From IMG/VR virus record IMGVR_UViG_3300022742_000097, positions 1 through 53,757 of that record: 53,757 bases of DNA. The stretch is one strand, 5' to 3'. The position numbers and the translations under genes are program-made. This document shows positions 9,115 to 17,019 of this stretch, piece after piece; the first letter of the stretch is position 1, and each line of letters starts with the position of its first letter. The notes under the pieces were generated by a model, which saw only the letters and a program-made list of their open reading frames with translations, made no database searches and was not told where the DNA came from. This DNA comes from a virus (lineage: Duplodnaviria; Caudoviricetes).

Positions 9115-9720
9115 ATGGCTACCAAGAAATCCCCCGCCAAGAAGACGCCGGACCGTAAAACTGAGGCCCTTTCCATCCGGATAGACCCCCGTTCTCGCTA
9201 CGGCTTGGAGCTTCTAGCCCGCCTTCAGCGTCGATCGACCACAGGCGTAGTTGAGTGGATCCTCCAAGAGGCGTTCAGGAGTGAGGTCTTCGAACAGGGC
9301 GACCAGCATCGCGAACAGACGACCTTGGATGAGGTCCTAGATGGCCTTTGGCAGATCAACGATGTCGAGCGGCTCGTTGCCTTGGCGCTCCGCAAACCAC
9401 AACTCCTCACCTTCGAGGAGGCGCGCCTCTGGAAAGTAATTCGGGACACTTCGTCCCTCTGGAGGCACCAGCGCTACCCTGATTTCGACGCCTTCCACTG
9501 GAAGGACGTGCTTCCACAGTGGGACAAGCTGTCCCCGCTGCTGAACGAGGCCGTGGAGCGGAACATCGTTCGAGGCCTGACCCCGGAAGAGCTATCGGCT
9601 GCGGGAATATCGCTGCCGGGAATCGCAGCAGCGCCCCAACGCCCCGTTAGAAGGGTTGCTCAGGGCAGCACAACGGCTCCGCCTCCGGATGACTTCGATG
9701 ACTCGGACATCCCGTTCTAG
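9115..9720 (+). CDS. RHH protein at the Mnt position with an SSB-like C-terminal tail
   Basis: LSIRIDPRSRYGLELLAR..RS..VVE RHH pattern; ends DDFDDSDIPF. Confidence 0.75.
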   Translation: MATKKSPAKKTPDRKTEALSIRIDPRSRYGLELLARLQRRSTTGVVEWILQEAFRSEVFEQGDQHREQTTLDEVLDGLWQINDVERLVALALRKPQLLTFEEARLWKVIRDTSSLWRHQRYPDFDAFHWKDVLPQWDKLSPLLNEAVERNIVRGLTPEELSAAGISLPGIAAAPQRPVRRVAQGSTTAPPPDDFDDSDIPF

Positions 9721-9796
9721 GGCTTGCCGAAGCTGGCCCCCGTACCCCAAGCCCAAGAAGGGCAAGTGAGGGACTCACGACAAAGCCGAATGGCAG

Positions 9797-9805
9797 TTAT
9801 CCACA
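9797..9805 (+). promoter_or_regulatory. Consensus DnaA box
   Basis: TTATCCACA in intergenic DNA; function unknown. Confidence 0.45.
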
Positions 9806-9960
9806 GGATGTGAAGTTGAGCAGTACCGTAACCTGTGGTATGGCGCGGCCAGACAAAGGCCGCTAAACTGCCGTAACAGAAAGGCGGTTACGGTCCGCTG
9901 ATCTAGCTGGCCGCCATGTAGGGCGGCTTTGTTGTCTCACACGGAGGAGCAATAGTCCTT

Positions 9961-10368
9961 ATGGCATCAGGCAAGAAGTTAGTCATGGCACACCATGCGT
10001 CTGATGACGGCAAGCACACTGTGGCCGCGCAACTGCGCGTCCTGATCTTGCCGGCGGACGACGGCGGATTTGTGGCCCAGGGTTTGGAAATCGACTATCT
10101 CTCCACTGGCCGTACTGTTGAGGAAGTTCGCACAAATTTCTCCAGTGGACTGATCCGCACCATTGAAGCGTACATCAAGCGTGAGCGGCCTCTCTCCGGC
10201 CTGTTCGCGAAGGGCAGGACTCCGCCTGAAGCCTGGCAGCTTTGGCTGGAGAGCGAGGGGCAAGATGTATTGACCTGCGGAACAGTGGTTGATCTTGCTC
10301 TGCCGAAAAATACCAACTTCTTCAAATCCATCGCCTTCCGCGAGGCAGAGGCTGTTCACGCAGCATGA
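9961..10368 (+). CDS. HicB-like protein
   Basis: DDGGFVAQGLEIDYLSTGRTVEEV resembles the HicB N-terminal domain; GGAGG SD. Confidence 0.6.
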   Translation: MASGKKLVMAHHASDDGKHTVAAQLRVLILPADDGGFVAQGLEIDYLSTGRTVEEVRTNFSSGLIRTIEAYIKRERPLSGLFAKGRTPPEAWQLWLESEGQDVLTCGTVVDLALPKNTNFFKSIAFREAEAVHAA

Positions 10369-10610
10369 GGATCAGAAAGGGGCCATGGGACGGCGCCCAG
10401 CCAAGGACTCATGTACTCAAGGTCCTCAGGCAACATGGCGTGGAAGTCAACGATGAAGGCAACGACTGGTACGAACTGGTTGATGTGGATGGTGACCCTG
10501 AGGTGATCCTCATCACCAATCCCGTGCCACCCGATGTTGTCGTCAAGTTGTGGGAACGGTTTGGCTCGCTTCACGAGTTCGACATCACCGCCTTGGTCCG
10601 TCACCATTGA
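10365..10610 (+). CDS. Small protein, possibly HicA-like fold
   Basis: ATGA-coupled to the HicB-like gene; VLKVLRQHG.E pattern; no GSH motif. Confidence 0.5.
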   Translation: MRIRKGPWDGAQPRTHVLKVLRQHGVEVNDEGNDWYELVDVDGDPEVILITNPVPPDVVVKLWERFGSLHEFDITALVRHH

Positions 10611-10616
10611 TCACAG

Positions 10617-10646
10617 AGCCCCGCCTAGTGCGGGGCTTTGTTGTTT
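10617..10646 (+). terminator. Rho-independent terminator
   Basis: AGCCCCGC-CTAGT-GCGGGGCT followed by TTGTTGTTT. Confidence 0.8.
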
Positions 10647-10660
10647 GGTAGCTTTGGGCC

Positions 10661-10942
10661 ATGGGCCAGCCCGCTGACATCCAAGACGCCGAGATAGTCC
10701 CCACTACCGTGGGCCAGTACGTCCGGGCCAAGTTCGGCTACTGGGCGAAGCGGTGGGTAGGGATCATCAGCCTCGGCATCCCAGTCCATCTCGCCATCCA
10801 GTCTCGGACCTATGGATTCGAATGGTGGCACATATGGTCCGGCCTTGGCGCTTGGGCGTTCGCATGCGCTGTAGCGCTCTTGGCCATCCTGCTGACCCTG
10901 AGCGCTGGCGGGTGGTGGCACACCCGCCGCTACCGTCACTGA
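10661..10942 (+). CDS. Small membrane protein
   Basis: Two hydrophobic segments, Trp-rich. Confidence 0.6.
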   Translation: MGQPADIQDAEIVPTTVGQYVRAKFGYWAKRWVGIISLGIPVHLAIQSRTYGFEWWHIWSGLGAWAFACAVALLAILLTLSAGGWWHTRRYRH

Positions 10943-11090
10943 CCCGCGTTCCGAGCGCGGAGCGGCGTCGGCTGCCGGTACGAGGCGAAGTACAACCTGT
11001 ACATGTGCAAGGAAACCCGGAAGTAATGCTGAACAGGCCTCCGCCCCAACCCTGCTACCATCGCCTCACCCGCCACCCATAGCCGCCGCC

Positions 11091-11300
11091 ATGCCTATCT
11101 GGGACAAGCACGAAGTGACCCCTGAAGCCAGGAAGCTGGTCGATCAGGCGCGTGCCGAGGCCACGCTGGAGCGGCTGGAGCGGGAGAACCCGACGCGCTG
11201 GTATCACAAGCTTCTGTTCACCTGGTATGGCCTCGCGGCCCTCTTACTCCCGGCTGCCGTGATCCTGTCCGTCATGGCCATTTTTGGCCTGTTCCGATAG
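11091..11300 (+). CDS. Small membrane protein
   Basis: Charged N-terminus plus C-terminal TM helix; overlaps the end of the convergent ejection gene. Confidence 0.6.
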   Translation: MPIWDKHEVTPEARKLVDQARAEATLERLERENPTRWYHKLLFTWYGLAALLLPAAVILSVMAIFGLFR

Positions 11301-13508
11301 CGCATCGGCGATCAGCGCAACGTCCTCGTCGCCGTTCTCTGCCGCCATCCTCTTCAGCACGTTGACCTGCGCGGGCAGAACCCCCACAGGGAGTTCCGTA
11401 GCCCGGGCCAGCCATCGCACGAATCGCGGATTGGTCATGCCGCGCGCCACCGCATTTGCCAAAGCTCCGGTGGCAATCAGTGGGGTCGTGCTACCGAAGT
11501 TTCCTGATAGGACCATCATCCCCAGCGTGCCCCAGTAGCCTGCCGCCGCAGCATTCGGGCCGGTACCGGAAGTGCTGCGCAGGATGGCATCGCTCTGCTT
11601 GATGCGCTCGGCGACCTGCGCGATCTTGGTGATGTTCTGACTCATCTCCGGCCCGAAGCGGTTGAACAGCGCGTGCTGTGCTTCGGGGCTGAGCTTGTTC
11701 CAGTTGGTCAAGAAGCTGGCGGCCGAGAAGACCTCGCCGGCCGTGTCCTGGCCTCCGGGGTTGGCCAGGCCCATGCGCTTGATCACCGCAGCGGTAACGT
11801 CGCGCTGCGCGTCCTTGGGAAGCGAGCCCATGACCTGGCGTAGGACAGTCGCGCCCTCGCGGGTGCCGGCGATCGCGGCCTGAAAGACCTTCTCCGGGCC
11901 GCCATTCTTGTCCACCACGCGCTGCAGCAATTCCAGGCGGTCCCGTGAATCCGCGTAGAACTTGTTGGCGCGACGGACCGCACGCTCTGCGCTCGGCCCG
12001 GCCTGCTTGGCCAGCTCCTGCATGTCGTCGGTGAGGGCTCGATAGACCTTCCGAAGCTGGGCGGTCGGCTTGTCCGGGGTCAGGGTGAACGAGAAGGCCT
12101 GATCCCCCAGCTGGGTGCGGATGTCCTTGACGGCCTGGTAGGGAATGCCGCTGCCGCCCGACGCCTGCGCCGCGGAGATGTCCGCAGCGATGTTGTCGGC
12201 CAACGTCTTCAGCTCGGGGCTGATCATCGCGCCAGTGGTGTTCGCCGCGCCGGGGGTCGGCGTGGTCAGCTCCCTCAAGACCTCCTGCGTCCGGGTCAGG
12301 GCAACTGGCGCATCCGACGGTACGTGCTGGTCGACGCGGTCGTAGAGCTGGGCACGGAGGCCGCGCACGCGGTCCGTGTAGGCATCAACACCCCGCTCGA
12401 TGGCTTTGCCAGCGCCTTCCGCAGTCGGGTCGGCGGACATGCGACGCGCGAAGCCCTCCAGCCCGGAGCTGATTTCGTCCCCCTGCCTGCTGGCAAAGCG
12501 TGCCATGACGCCACCCGAGGTCGGGCCGCCCGCCAGTAGCGTCTCGACACCCTGTCGCATCCAACTGCCCGTGCCTTGTCCGATCGACGGCGTCGAACCG
12601 AGCTGTTCGAAGTCATCGATCACGTTGGCCAGGTTCTGCCGGTTCTGTTCCCCACCTCGGAAGGCTCCGCGCAGGGTCATCGGCAGGCCAGCAGTAACTG
12701 CACTGGGCGCCAGCCCACCAGCGACCCCGGCGAATGCCTGGGCGAGCTCGCCGCCGCCCGCCTCACGAGTGGCACCGGATGCGCCGGCGCCGGCGGCGGA
12801 GCTCACGGTCTGCAGCACCGGCTGCGCAGTGAGAAAGTCAGCAGCTCGTTGTGCCGCGGTGGGCGCATTAGCACCTACGCGGCTCACCGCACTGCCCGCC
12901 GCGGCCTGGGCCGGATTGGTGGCAGCCGCGCGACCAGCAAGCATGGATGCGCCGCTGCGGCCCGCGTTCAAAAGCCCACCCAAGCCCAAAGTCAGGCCCG
13001 TGCCGGTCAGCGCTTCGCCGATGTCGCCGGCAACGCGCTCGCCCGAGCTCTGCGGCTTGGGCAGGCCCAGCTTGTCGGCCAGCCAGGCGCCGGTGTCCCG
13101 GTAGCTGGCCGTCGGCACGAAGCTGTCCTTCCCGCTCACCAGGTCCTCCAGGCTCGGCTTGTGGCCGAGTCGGCGCAGCGGATCGGTGATGGCGTAGTTG
13201 AAGGCGTCGCCGCCCAGCGCGCCGATCAGGGAACCGGCACCCTGCAACACCGAGCGCCCACCCATCGCCACGTCGCGCAGGAACCCCGGCTTCCAGCCGT
13301 CCCCCATCACCTGATCGGCGGTGCTGTCGACGCGCGCGGTTACGTCCGAGAAGTCGGGGCGCTGAGCCTGGACGGCGGGGAGGTCGACAGTACGCGGTGC
13401 ATCGTTCGGCACCAACTCGAATCCCGGAGGCAGCGGCGGCAGATCGCCGGGCGTCGCCGGCGGCGGCGGATCGAGGACGAATCCTGGCGGAAGCGGAGGC
13501 GTGGTCAT
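11244..13508 (-). CDS. Large internal virion/DNA ejection protein
   Basis: LPPGFVLD start, Ala/Gly-rich helical; last of the coupled ejection-type genes. Confidence 0.75.
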   Translation of the reverse strand: MTTPPLPPGFVLDPPPPATPGDLPPLPPGFELVPNDAPRTVDLPAVQAQRPDFSDVTARVDSTADQVMGDGWKPGFLRDVAMGGRSVLQGAGSLIGALGGDAFNYAITDPLRRLGHKPSLEDLVSGKDSFVPTASYRDTGAWLADKLGLPKPQSSGERVAGDIGEALTGTGLTLGLGGLLNAGRSGASMLAGRAAATNPAQAAAGSAVSRVGANAPTAAQRAADFLTAQPVLQTVSSAAGAGASGATREAGGGELAQAFAGVAGGLAPSAVTAGLPMTLRGAFRGGEQNRQNLANVIDDFEQLGSTPSIGQGTGSWMRQGVETLLAGGPTSGGVMARFASRQGDEISSGLEGFARRMSADPTAEGAGKAIERGVDAYTDRVRGLRAQLYDRVDQHVPSDAPVALTRTQEVLRELTTPTPGAANTTGAMISPELKTLADNIAADISAAQASGGSGIPYQAVKDIRTQLGDQAFSFTLTPDKPTAQLRKVYRALTDDMQELAKQAGPSAERAVRRANKFYADSRDRLELLQRVVDKNGGPEKVFQAAIAGTREGATVLRQVMGSLPKDAQRDVTAAVIKRMGLANPGGQDTAGEVFSAASFLTNWNKLSPEAQHALFNRFGPEMSQNITKIAQVAERIKQSDAILRSTSGTGPNAAAAGYWGTLGMMVLSGNFGSTTPLIATGALANAVARGMTNPRFVRWLARATELPVGVLPAQVNVLKRMAAENGDEDVALIADALSEQAKNGHDGQDHGSRE

Positions 13509-14668
13509 TGTGCAGGCACCCACTGGCCGTTGCGGAGTTCAAGGACCTGCCCCGTCTTGGGGTTGGTCGCTCTCTGGGGGACGCCACCTGCGGCCGGTGC
13601 CGCGCCCGAGAACACATCACCAAGGGGAGCCTGCCCGTAGTTGCCGCGGATCATGCCGGCCTTGCGCTGCTGCAGGTCCACGGCACGGCGGTTGAGGTCC
13701 GCCAGGCGCTGGAGCGCGCGCGCCGCGGTGGCCGCGTCATTCGCGCTCATGAGCTCGTTCGCTGCGCGCTGGGCGTCGCCCTCGGTCTGCACACCCTTGT
13801 TGAGCCGCAGCGACTCGTTGACGATCTTGGTCTTGTCGGCATCCCACTCCGTGAGCGCCACGTCGTTCGGCGTGGAGAAACCAAGCGACGTCCTGACCTT
13901 GCCCAGCATCGCGCTGGCCGGAGAAATGCTCAGGCTTCCGTCCTGGATGCGCCCGGTGTGCTTCTGGATGATGTCGTTCATCACCTCGGCAGAGCCCAGC
14001 GCGTCCTCGACGTTCAGCAGCTCCTTCAGGGCGCCCACCGGCAGCGGCTTCGAGCCTGCCGCAGACGCCCCGCCCGGGTTCCACTGTCCCGAGCGCTTCA
14101 AGCCGAACTCGGCAGCGTCGATCCCCGTGGCCTGGCGGGTCCGCGCGGCGCTAGCGTAGCTGCTCGCCGCGGAGGCGTCAGAGGCGCGTGCACGGGCAGC
14201 ATCAGCAGCCATCCCCGCCCGGCCCTGCTCGGTGGTCGTGACGCCGTTGGCGCCGGCCAGGAACCGGTTGGCCAGCAGGTTCTGACCTTCCACGGTAGCC
14301 AGCTGCTGTGGGCCATTGGCGACGCCCATCAACGCTGCGTTGGCCCCGTTCCAGTCTCCGGAGGTGGCGCGCGAGGCCGCATCGGACCGGAAACCCTGCT
14401 CCTGCACGTCGCCCTGGTAGCCGGACAGCTTCGTTGGGTCGATACCCAGCTCGAACAGAGTAGCCAGATCGCGAGGGCCGCCAAGTGCCTCAATGGCACC
14501 ACCAAGCCCACGGCGGGCCATCATCTCTTCGCGCTTCTTGGCGGCATCAAGGACCAGCCCTTCCATTCGCGCGGCATCGGTCATCGATCGGCTGTAGGCG
14601 CTGTCGCCCCGGCCGAACGCGCTGGCCAAGTCCATACCGCCCTGGATCAATCGGCTCAGGTCAGCCAT
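13505..14668 (-). CDS. Internal virion/DNA ejection protein
   Basis: Ala-rich helical, C-terminal ATNPKTGQ...RNGQW motif; position. Confidence 0.72.
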   Translation of the reverse strand: MADLSRLIQGGMDLASAFGRGDSAYSRSMTDAARMEGLVLDAAKKREEMMARRGLGGAIEALGGPRDLATLFELGIDPTKLSGYQGDVQEQGFRSDAASRATSGDWNGANAALMGVANGPQQLATVEGQNLLANRFLAGANGVTTTEQGRAGMAADAARARASDASAASSYASAARTRQATGIDAAEFGLKRSGQWNPGGASAAGSKPLPVGALKELLNVEDALGSAEVMNDIIQKHTGRIQDGSLSISPASAMLGKVRTSLGFSTPNDVALTEWDADKTKIVNESLRLNKGVQTEGDAQRAANELMSANDAATAARALQRLADLNRRAVDLQQRKAGMIRGNYGQAPLGDVFSGAAPAAGGVPQRATNPKTGQVLELRNGQWVPAQ

Positions 14669-15356
14669 TCATCAGCCCCCACTTCGCCTGCAGCTGGCGA
14701 TTCAATGCGTTGTTGGCGGCGCCGAAGTCGGCGCCGACCTTGGCCTGCGTCTGGATCTGCGCCAGGCTCGGCTGGCCCATCCCGGACTGCGCCGCGAATC
14801 CCGCGCCGGCCCCCATCAGGCTGGAGGCCATATCGACCCAGGGATTGCGCTGGACGCCGCGCAAGCGCAGCTGGGCCAGGTAGTCGTCTGCACGGCTCCG
14901 GCGGCCGATCTGGTCCAGCTCCATGGCCACGCGCGCGTCCGCGACACCCTCGCGTTGCCGCTGCTGTGCCGGAGCATCGATGCGGGCCATCAGGTCGGCA
15001 GTCCGCGCGCCGTAGTCGCCGATGCCCAAGGCCGCGTTGTTGGCGTCGACCTGGTATGCACGGCTCACCTGCCCCACCTGGCCCAGCCCGCGCTGTGCGT
15101 TGGCCTGGGCGGCACGCACCTGGTCGAGATACTGGCTGCCGATGGCGGAGCGCTCGCTCTCCGCGCCTTGCGCCGCGCGCTCGCGCATGGCCTCGGCGAT
15201 CGCCTGATCGGCTTCCTGCTGGCGGACGCCCTGCTGCCGGATCTGGCCGGCCAGGATGTTGTCCTGCTTCTTCTGCGTCTGCCGGGTGTTGTAGTAGTTC
15301 GCGCCCGCGCTCAGTGCCGTGAGCGCCAGCGGAACCCAAATTGCCTCAGTGCCCAT
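14661..15356 (-). CDS. Internal virion/DNA ejection protein
   Basis: Hydrophobic N-terminus then Gln/Ala coiled coil; coupled to neighbours. Confidence 0.7.
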   Translation of the reverse strand: MGTEAIWVPLALTALSAGANYYNTRQTQKKQDNILAGQIRQQGVRQQEADQAIAEAMRERAAQGAESERSAIGSQYLDQVRAAQANAQRGLGQVGQVSRAYQVDANNAALGIGDYGARTADLMARIDAPAQQRQREGVADARVAMELDQIGRRSRADDYLAQLRLRGVQRNPWVDMASSLMGAGAGFAAQSGMGQPSLAQIQTQAKVGADFGAANNALNRQLQAKWGLMNG

Positions 15357-15979
15357 CAGCGGCCCCCAGCGCCGTAGCCGAAGCCCGGCGAGTAGTACAG
15401 GTTGTAGAAATCCCGGTTCGCCCGGCGCGTCTCGGCCTGGTCCCGGCTGGCCTTGGCGATGGTCCCGACGCCCGAGAACAGCTCGCCCAGCGCGTCGGCG
15501 TTGAGCTGCGATCGCGCGCCGGCCAGGTTGTTGCGCAGTGACAGCGCGGCGTTGTTCGCGCCGGTGGTCATGTCGGCACCCGTCTGCGCCAGCTGGATCA
15601 TGTTCATCCGGCTGGTCTCGTCGGCGTTGCGCAGCTCGTTGGCCGCGCTCTGCGCCAGGCGATCGGCGGTCAGGATGCCCTGCTGGTAGTCCTGGCCCAG
15701 CTGCCGGTTCGCGTCGACGGACGCCGAGCCGCCGGTCAGCCCGTTTCGCGCCATGGCGAAGCGCAGGCTGCGGTCCGCCGCGTCGTGCTGCCGGTCCAGG
15801 TTCTGCCGGTAGAAGCTGCGGCTGGCCGACAGGAAGTCGTTGATGTCGGCCTCCCGCTGCGGGCTGCCGTAGATCTGGTTGATCTGCTGCATCGATCGGT
15901 TGATGTTCGCCTGCCGCAGCCCTTCCTGCTGGGCCGCCTGCTGCGCTGCTTTGTTGGAACCGCCACCGGCGCCCATCAC
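15356..15979 (-). CDS. Internal virion/DNA ejection protein
   Basis: MGAGGGSNKAAQQ start typical of small podovirus ejection proteins. Confidence 0.7.
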   Translation of the reverse strand: MMGAGGGSNKAAQQAAQQEGLRQANINRSMQQINQIYGSPQREADINDFLSASRSFYRQNLDRQHDAADRSLRFAMARNGLTGGSASVDANRQLGQDYQQGILTADRLAQSAANELRNADETSRMNMIQLAQTGADMTTGANNAALSLRNNLAGARSQLNADALGELFSGVGTIAKASRDQAETRRANRDFYNLYYSPGFGYGAGGR

Positions 15980-16485
15980 TCACCCCTCAGCTTCGAGAAA
16001 TGGGCGATGTCCTCGCCCTGCACGCCGAAGTGGCGCCAGACGCCCTCCGGCCGGAATCCCAGCGACCGCTCGAACCACTCGATGGCCTTCTCCCGGGTGG
16101 TCAGTGCACTGGTCTGGAGGCGGTGCGCGCCGCATTCGAAGATGCGATCCGTCGCCCAGCGAGTGAGCTTGGTCATCGCGCGCCACTGCTGCGCCCAGCC
16201 CTCTTCGGTGCCGACCATCCAGGCCTGCCACACACCAGTGCCGACGGGCTGGAACCCGCCCGCTGCTGCGGGAAGGTTGTCGGCCTGCAGGATCGTGAAG
16301 GCGAAGCCCTGCGACTTCTGGGCCGTGTCGATGAAGAACGCCGCGGCCACGTCCGGCGAGAACTCAGCCAGGCCCGTGACGGCCAGGAACTGCGCCTTCT
16401 CGTCCTCGCGCATCCGCTCCGAGAGGAAGACCAGATGCGCGGGACGACAGGGAACGATGTTCGAGGGAAGGCGAGCGGGCAGCAT
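15976..16485 (-). CDS. GNAT-fold protein at the head of the ejection operon
   Basis: MREDEKAQF, AWMVGT and AIEWFERSLGFRPEG motifs. Confidence 0.72.
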   Translation of the reverse strand: MLPARLPSNIVPCRPAHLVFLSERMREDEKAQFLAVTGLAEFSPDVAAAFFIDTAQKSQGFAFTILQADNLPAAAGGFQPVGTGVWQAWMVGTEEGWAQQWRAMTKLTRWATDRIFECGAHRLQTSALTTREKAIEWFERSLGFRPEGVWRHFGVQGEDIAHFSKLRGE

Positions 16486-16491
16486 GGACGT

Positions 16492-16522
16492 ATGCTGCTG
16501 CCCGCCGGAGGGGGTTCAACGG
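16492..16522 (-). promoter_or_regulatory. Putative late promoter with leaderless ATG at 16485
   Basis: CCG-TTGAAC-N16-CAGCAT-N6-ATG. Confidence 0.6.
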
Positions 16523-16524
16523 AG

Positions 16525-17019
16525 TCAGGACATGCCGCGCAGGTCTTGGAGATACAGGCCGAGCGCGTTCCACTGCCAGGCCTGCGTGCCGTCGTAGGTC
16601 AGCCGCACCGAGAGCGAGGGCGCGGCCAGCGGCATGGGGATCACGTTGCCCGGCACCGTGTCCGCCGGCACCGTGTACGGCGGAGTGAACAGCCCGGCGC
16701 TGCGCTGGTCGATGCCTAAGGACACCGACACCGCGCCCTCGCCCACCACGTCGAAGCCATAGAGCATCTTCGTGACGCCCGGCTGCCCGAAGTCCAGCCA
16801 CGGCCACTGGACCAGGCCCGGGAACGGCTGCACCTCGCCCGGTGCGACCTCGTCCCCCAGCGCCTCCGGGTCCACGCGGTGGATGTGGTCGCCGGAGCGC
16901 AGGTAAAGCGCGTCGCCGGCAATGGTCCAGTCGTCCACGTCGAACGGGAACTCGTAGCGCGACCAGGCGCCGACCTGGCCGATGCGGGTCATGGAGTAGA
17001 TGAAGGCGTGGGTGGTCAT
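16525..17019 (-). CDS. Tail (nozzle-like) protein, C-terminal segment
   Basis: GAWSRYEF and WLDFGQPGVTK motifs resemble podovirus tail tubular/stabilisation proteins. Confidence 0.6.
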   Translation of the reverse strand: MTTHAFIYSMTRIGQVGAWSRYEFPFDVDDWTIAGDALYLRSGDHIHRVDPEALGDEVAPGEVQPFPGLVQWPWLDFGQPGVTKMLYGFDVVGEGAVSVSLGIDQRSAGLFTPPYTVPADTVPGNVIPMPLAAPSLSVRLTYDGTQAWQWNALGLYLQDLRGMS

